Program-made: the position numbers and the translations under genes
Shown: one piece after another, positions 61,881-64,000 of the stretch
How positions within the stretch are numbered: position 1 is the first letter of the stretch
Layout of the letters: every line of letters begins with the position of its first letter
Notes under the pieces: model-generated
Told to the model about the DNA's origin: nothing
Databases searched by the model: none
The model's input: the letters and a program-made list of their open reading frames with translations, nothing else
Assembly (NCBI GenBank): GCA_963666215.2
Contig: CAXWPL010000005.1
Location: 928,001 to 992,000, forward strand
Length of the DNA: 64,000 nucleotides
Direction: 5' to 3'
DNA from: Acidobacteriota bacterium
Lineage (GTDB): Bacteria > Acidobacteriota > UBA890 > WLXD01

Positions 61881-63904
61881 GTGGTCGGGTCGCGGCGGCT
61901 CCTCGGGCCGCCGGATCCATGGCGTCGTACACCGCTGGGAGAGGTGCGGGGCTGGGTGCTGATCGCGGCGGTGAGCCTGTTCGCCGTGGCCACGTGGGCG
62001 GCCCCGGTCGAGAGTCTGGCAATGCCGCTCGGCGTTGCGGTGCCGGAACCGATCGCGAGCTCCGAGCTGTTCGACTTCCACAACATCGACCGCGTCAACC
62101 TGCACCATCTCCTGTACCAATGGGCACGGGCCGAAGCCGCATCTCCGGGCGCCATCGAGGTGCCCGAGCGTGACGACCTCGACGGGCTTCCGGACGAGCA
62201 ACGAGAAATCTGGAATTCGGCCGTGCGCACCTACAGCGACCTCGCCATGGAGCGAGACCTGCTGTTTGACGAAGAGCTGGTTCGGCTCCGCGATCATCTT
62301 GCGGGCATACGGTCCCTCCACGAAGTCGCTGCCAGCGACAGGCCGCTGCTCGAGGCCGTCGACAGCGCTCTGCCGGTGTACTCGGCGCACTGGTGGGCCC
62401 GACACGAGCGTGCCAACCGCTCCTGGCTCGACGGAGTGCTACCGCTGGCGCGGCGTCACGAAGCAGCAATCGCGCCCCGCGTGGCGGCGGCCTACGGAGG
62501 CTCGTGGCCCGAGGAGCGCATCCACGTGGACATCACGGCCTACGCCAATCGGGTGGGCGCCTACACGACCTCGGCACCGCATGTAACGCTGTCGAGCGAG
62601 GCCGACAACCAGGGGGCGCTCGGGCTCGAGCTGCTGTTCCACGAGTCGTCACACGGCGACATCATGGAGCGACCCCTGCTGCAGATGATCGACACCGCGT
62701 TCGCAGCTCTCCAGGCCAGCGACCCCGGCCGCGATCTCTGGCACATGGTGATCTTCGTGCCACCGGTGAGATCACGCGCGACGTGCTGAGCCAAGCCGGG
62801 CACGAATTCGTACCCTACGCCGAGCATTTCCGCATGTACTCGCGTGCCGGCGTGCCACGGATGCGCATACGCAACGCTCTGACGCGGTACTGGCGACCGT
62901 TCTTGCACGGCGAAACCGGACGACAGGAAGCCATCGAGCTCATCGCCTCCGAGCTCGCCGGTGAGCAAGGCTCGGCCACCCGCGTCGAGATGAGCGACTA
63001 CTTCGAGCTCCACTCCGACCCGTGGATCAACCTGCACCACTTCCTGTACCAGTGGGCTCGCGCAGACGAAGGCCTGGGCACCGGACGACAGCTCGTAACC
63101 GTTCCCGAGCGCTCATCGCTCAACCAGCTCGCCGCCGCCGAACGAGCCGAATGGTCGGAAGCCGTGGCTTTCTACAGGAATTCGGTGGCGGCGCGGAGCC
63201 ACTTCGACGATGACCTGCTCGAGCTCAAGCAGGAGTTGCTTGCGCTTGATGGCGACACCGGAGTCGCGCTGCCTGACACCATCGAGGGCATCCAGGCGGC
63301 GCTCACCGTGGCGATGCCGATCTATCTCACCCACTGGTGGCCAGAGCACGACGGGGCCAATCGCCGCTGGAGTGCGAGCGTCATGCAGCCCCTGCGGCGG
63401 CACGAAGCCCGCTACGTCGAGATCACAACTCGCCTCTACGGGTCGCGGTGGCCGCAGGCGCGGCGCATCGACGTTTCGGCCTACGCGAATGCCCGCGCCG
63501 GTTACACCGCGATCGGGCACACCGTGATGTTCTCAACCGATCCCGGCAACCAAGGCCTGTACGCCTTCGAGATGCTGCTGCACGAGGTGCAGCACACGCG
63601 GGACGTGGCGCCGACCGCAAGGCAAGAGCTCGCCCACGCTTTCGAAGCAGTGGCGGTCGAGCAACCAGGCAACCTGTGGCATGCGCTCATCTTCGCCACC
63701 GCCGGCGCCTTCGCCCAGTGGGTGGCCCTCGACGAGGCCCTCCCCGCGCACACCCCGTACTGGATCCGCGAAGGCTTCGAGGATTTGCAGGGGTGGAGCG
63801 AGCTCCTACCGCCCGTGCTCGAGCACTGGGTGCCGGCCGTGCGCGGTGAATCGACGACACCCGAAGCGTTCGCCGCACTCGCTCTCAGGTTCGAGAGTCA
63901 CTGA
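61881..63904 (+). CDS. Hypothetical secreted protein with two tandem HExxH domains, frameshift near 62760
   Basis: Repeat 1: NLHHLLYQWARA...AYAN..GAYT...ELLFHESSH...LWH..IF. Repeat 2: NLHHFLYQWARA...AYAN..AGYT...EMLLHEVQH...LWHALIF. Start uncertain. Confidence 0.7.
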
Positions 63905-64000
63905 GACGGTCAACGAGAGCTAGACTCCGCTCGCTGAAGCGCCCTCCTCCGGACCTCAGGAGCAGCCTGTATGAGCCGTCGTCCCGCAACTGTCGCCGCG

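Overview
High-GC bacterial DNA, roughly two-thirds G+C by eye. It is probably from an Acidobacteriota genome or MAG, inferred from an Acidobacterial-type VWA protein and many secreted FG-GAP, CRTAC1, choice-of-anchor B, PQQ and amidohydrolase proteins. The window is gene-dense (about 48 genes or gene remnants) and dominated by envelope or secreted hydrolases and beta-propellers. It also holds guaA, apaH, a DadA-type oxidoreductase, an FMN glutamate-synthase-family gene, two RND permeases and toxin-antitoxin modules (DUF2442, Phd-RelE, BrnT-BrnA). I saw no rRNA, tRNA, CRISPR array, integrase or transposase. Main signals: (1) about a dozen genes are broken by deletion junctions, frameshifts or one TGG>TGA change, meaning either genome erosion or assembly error; (2) about 10 of 16 signal-peptide proteins appear to begin with Gln after cleavage, and a lipoprotein glutaminyl cyclase is present, suggesting a Bacteroidetes-like 'Q-rule'; (3) a Shelph phosphatase/atypical kinase fusion sits next to a PEBP/RKIP gene, behind an AT-rich, 10-bp-phased divergent control region shared with a 13-aa-repeat protein; (4) unusual architectures include cyclophilin-FKBP-PQQ, propeller-diheme and tandem HExxH proteins. 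All family calls come from recognising motifs by eye; no searches were run.
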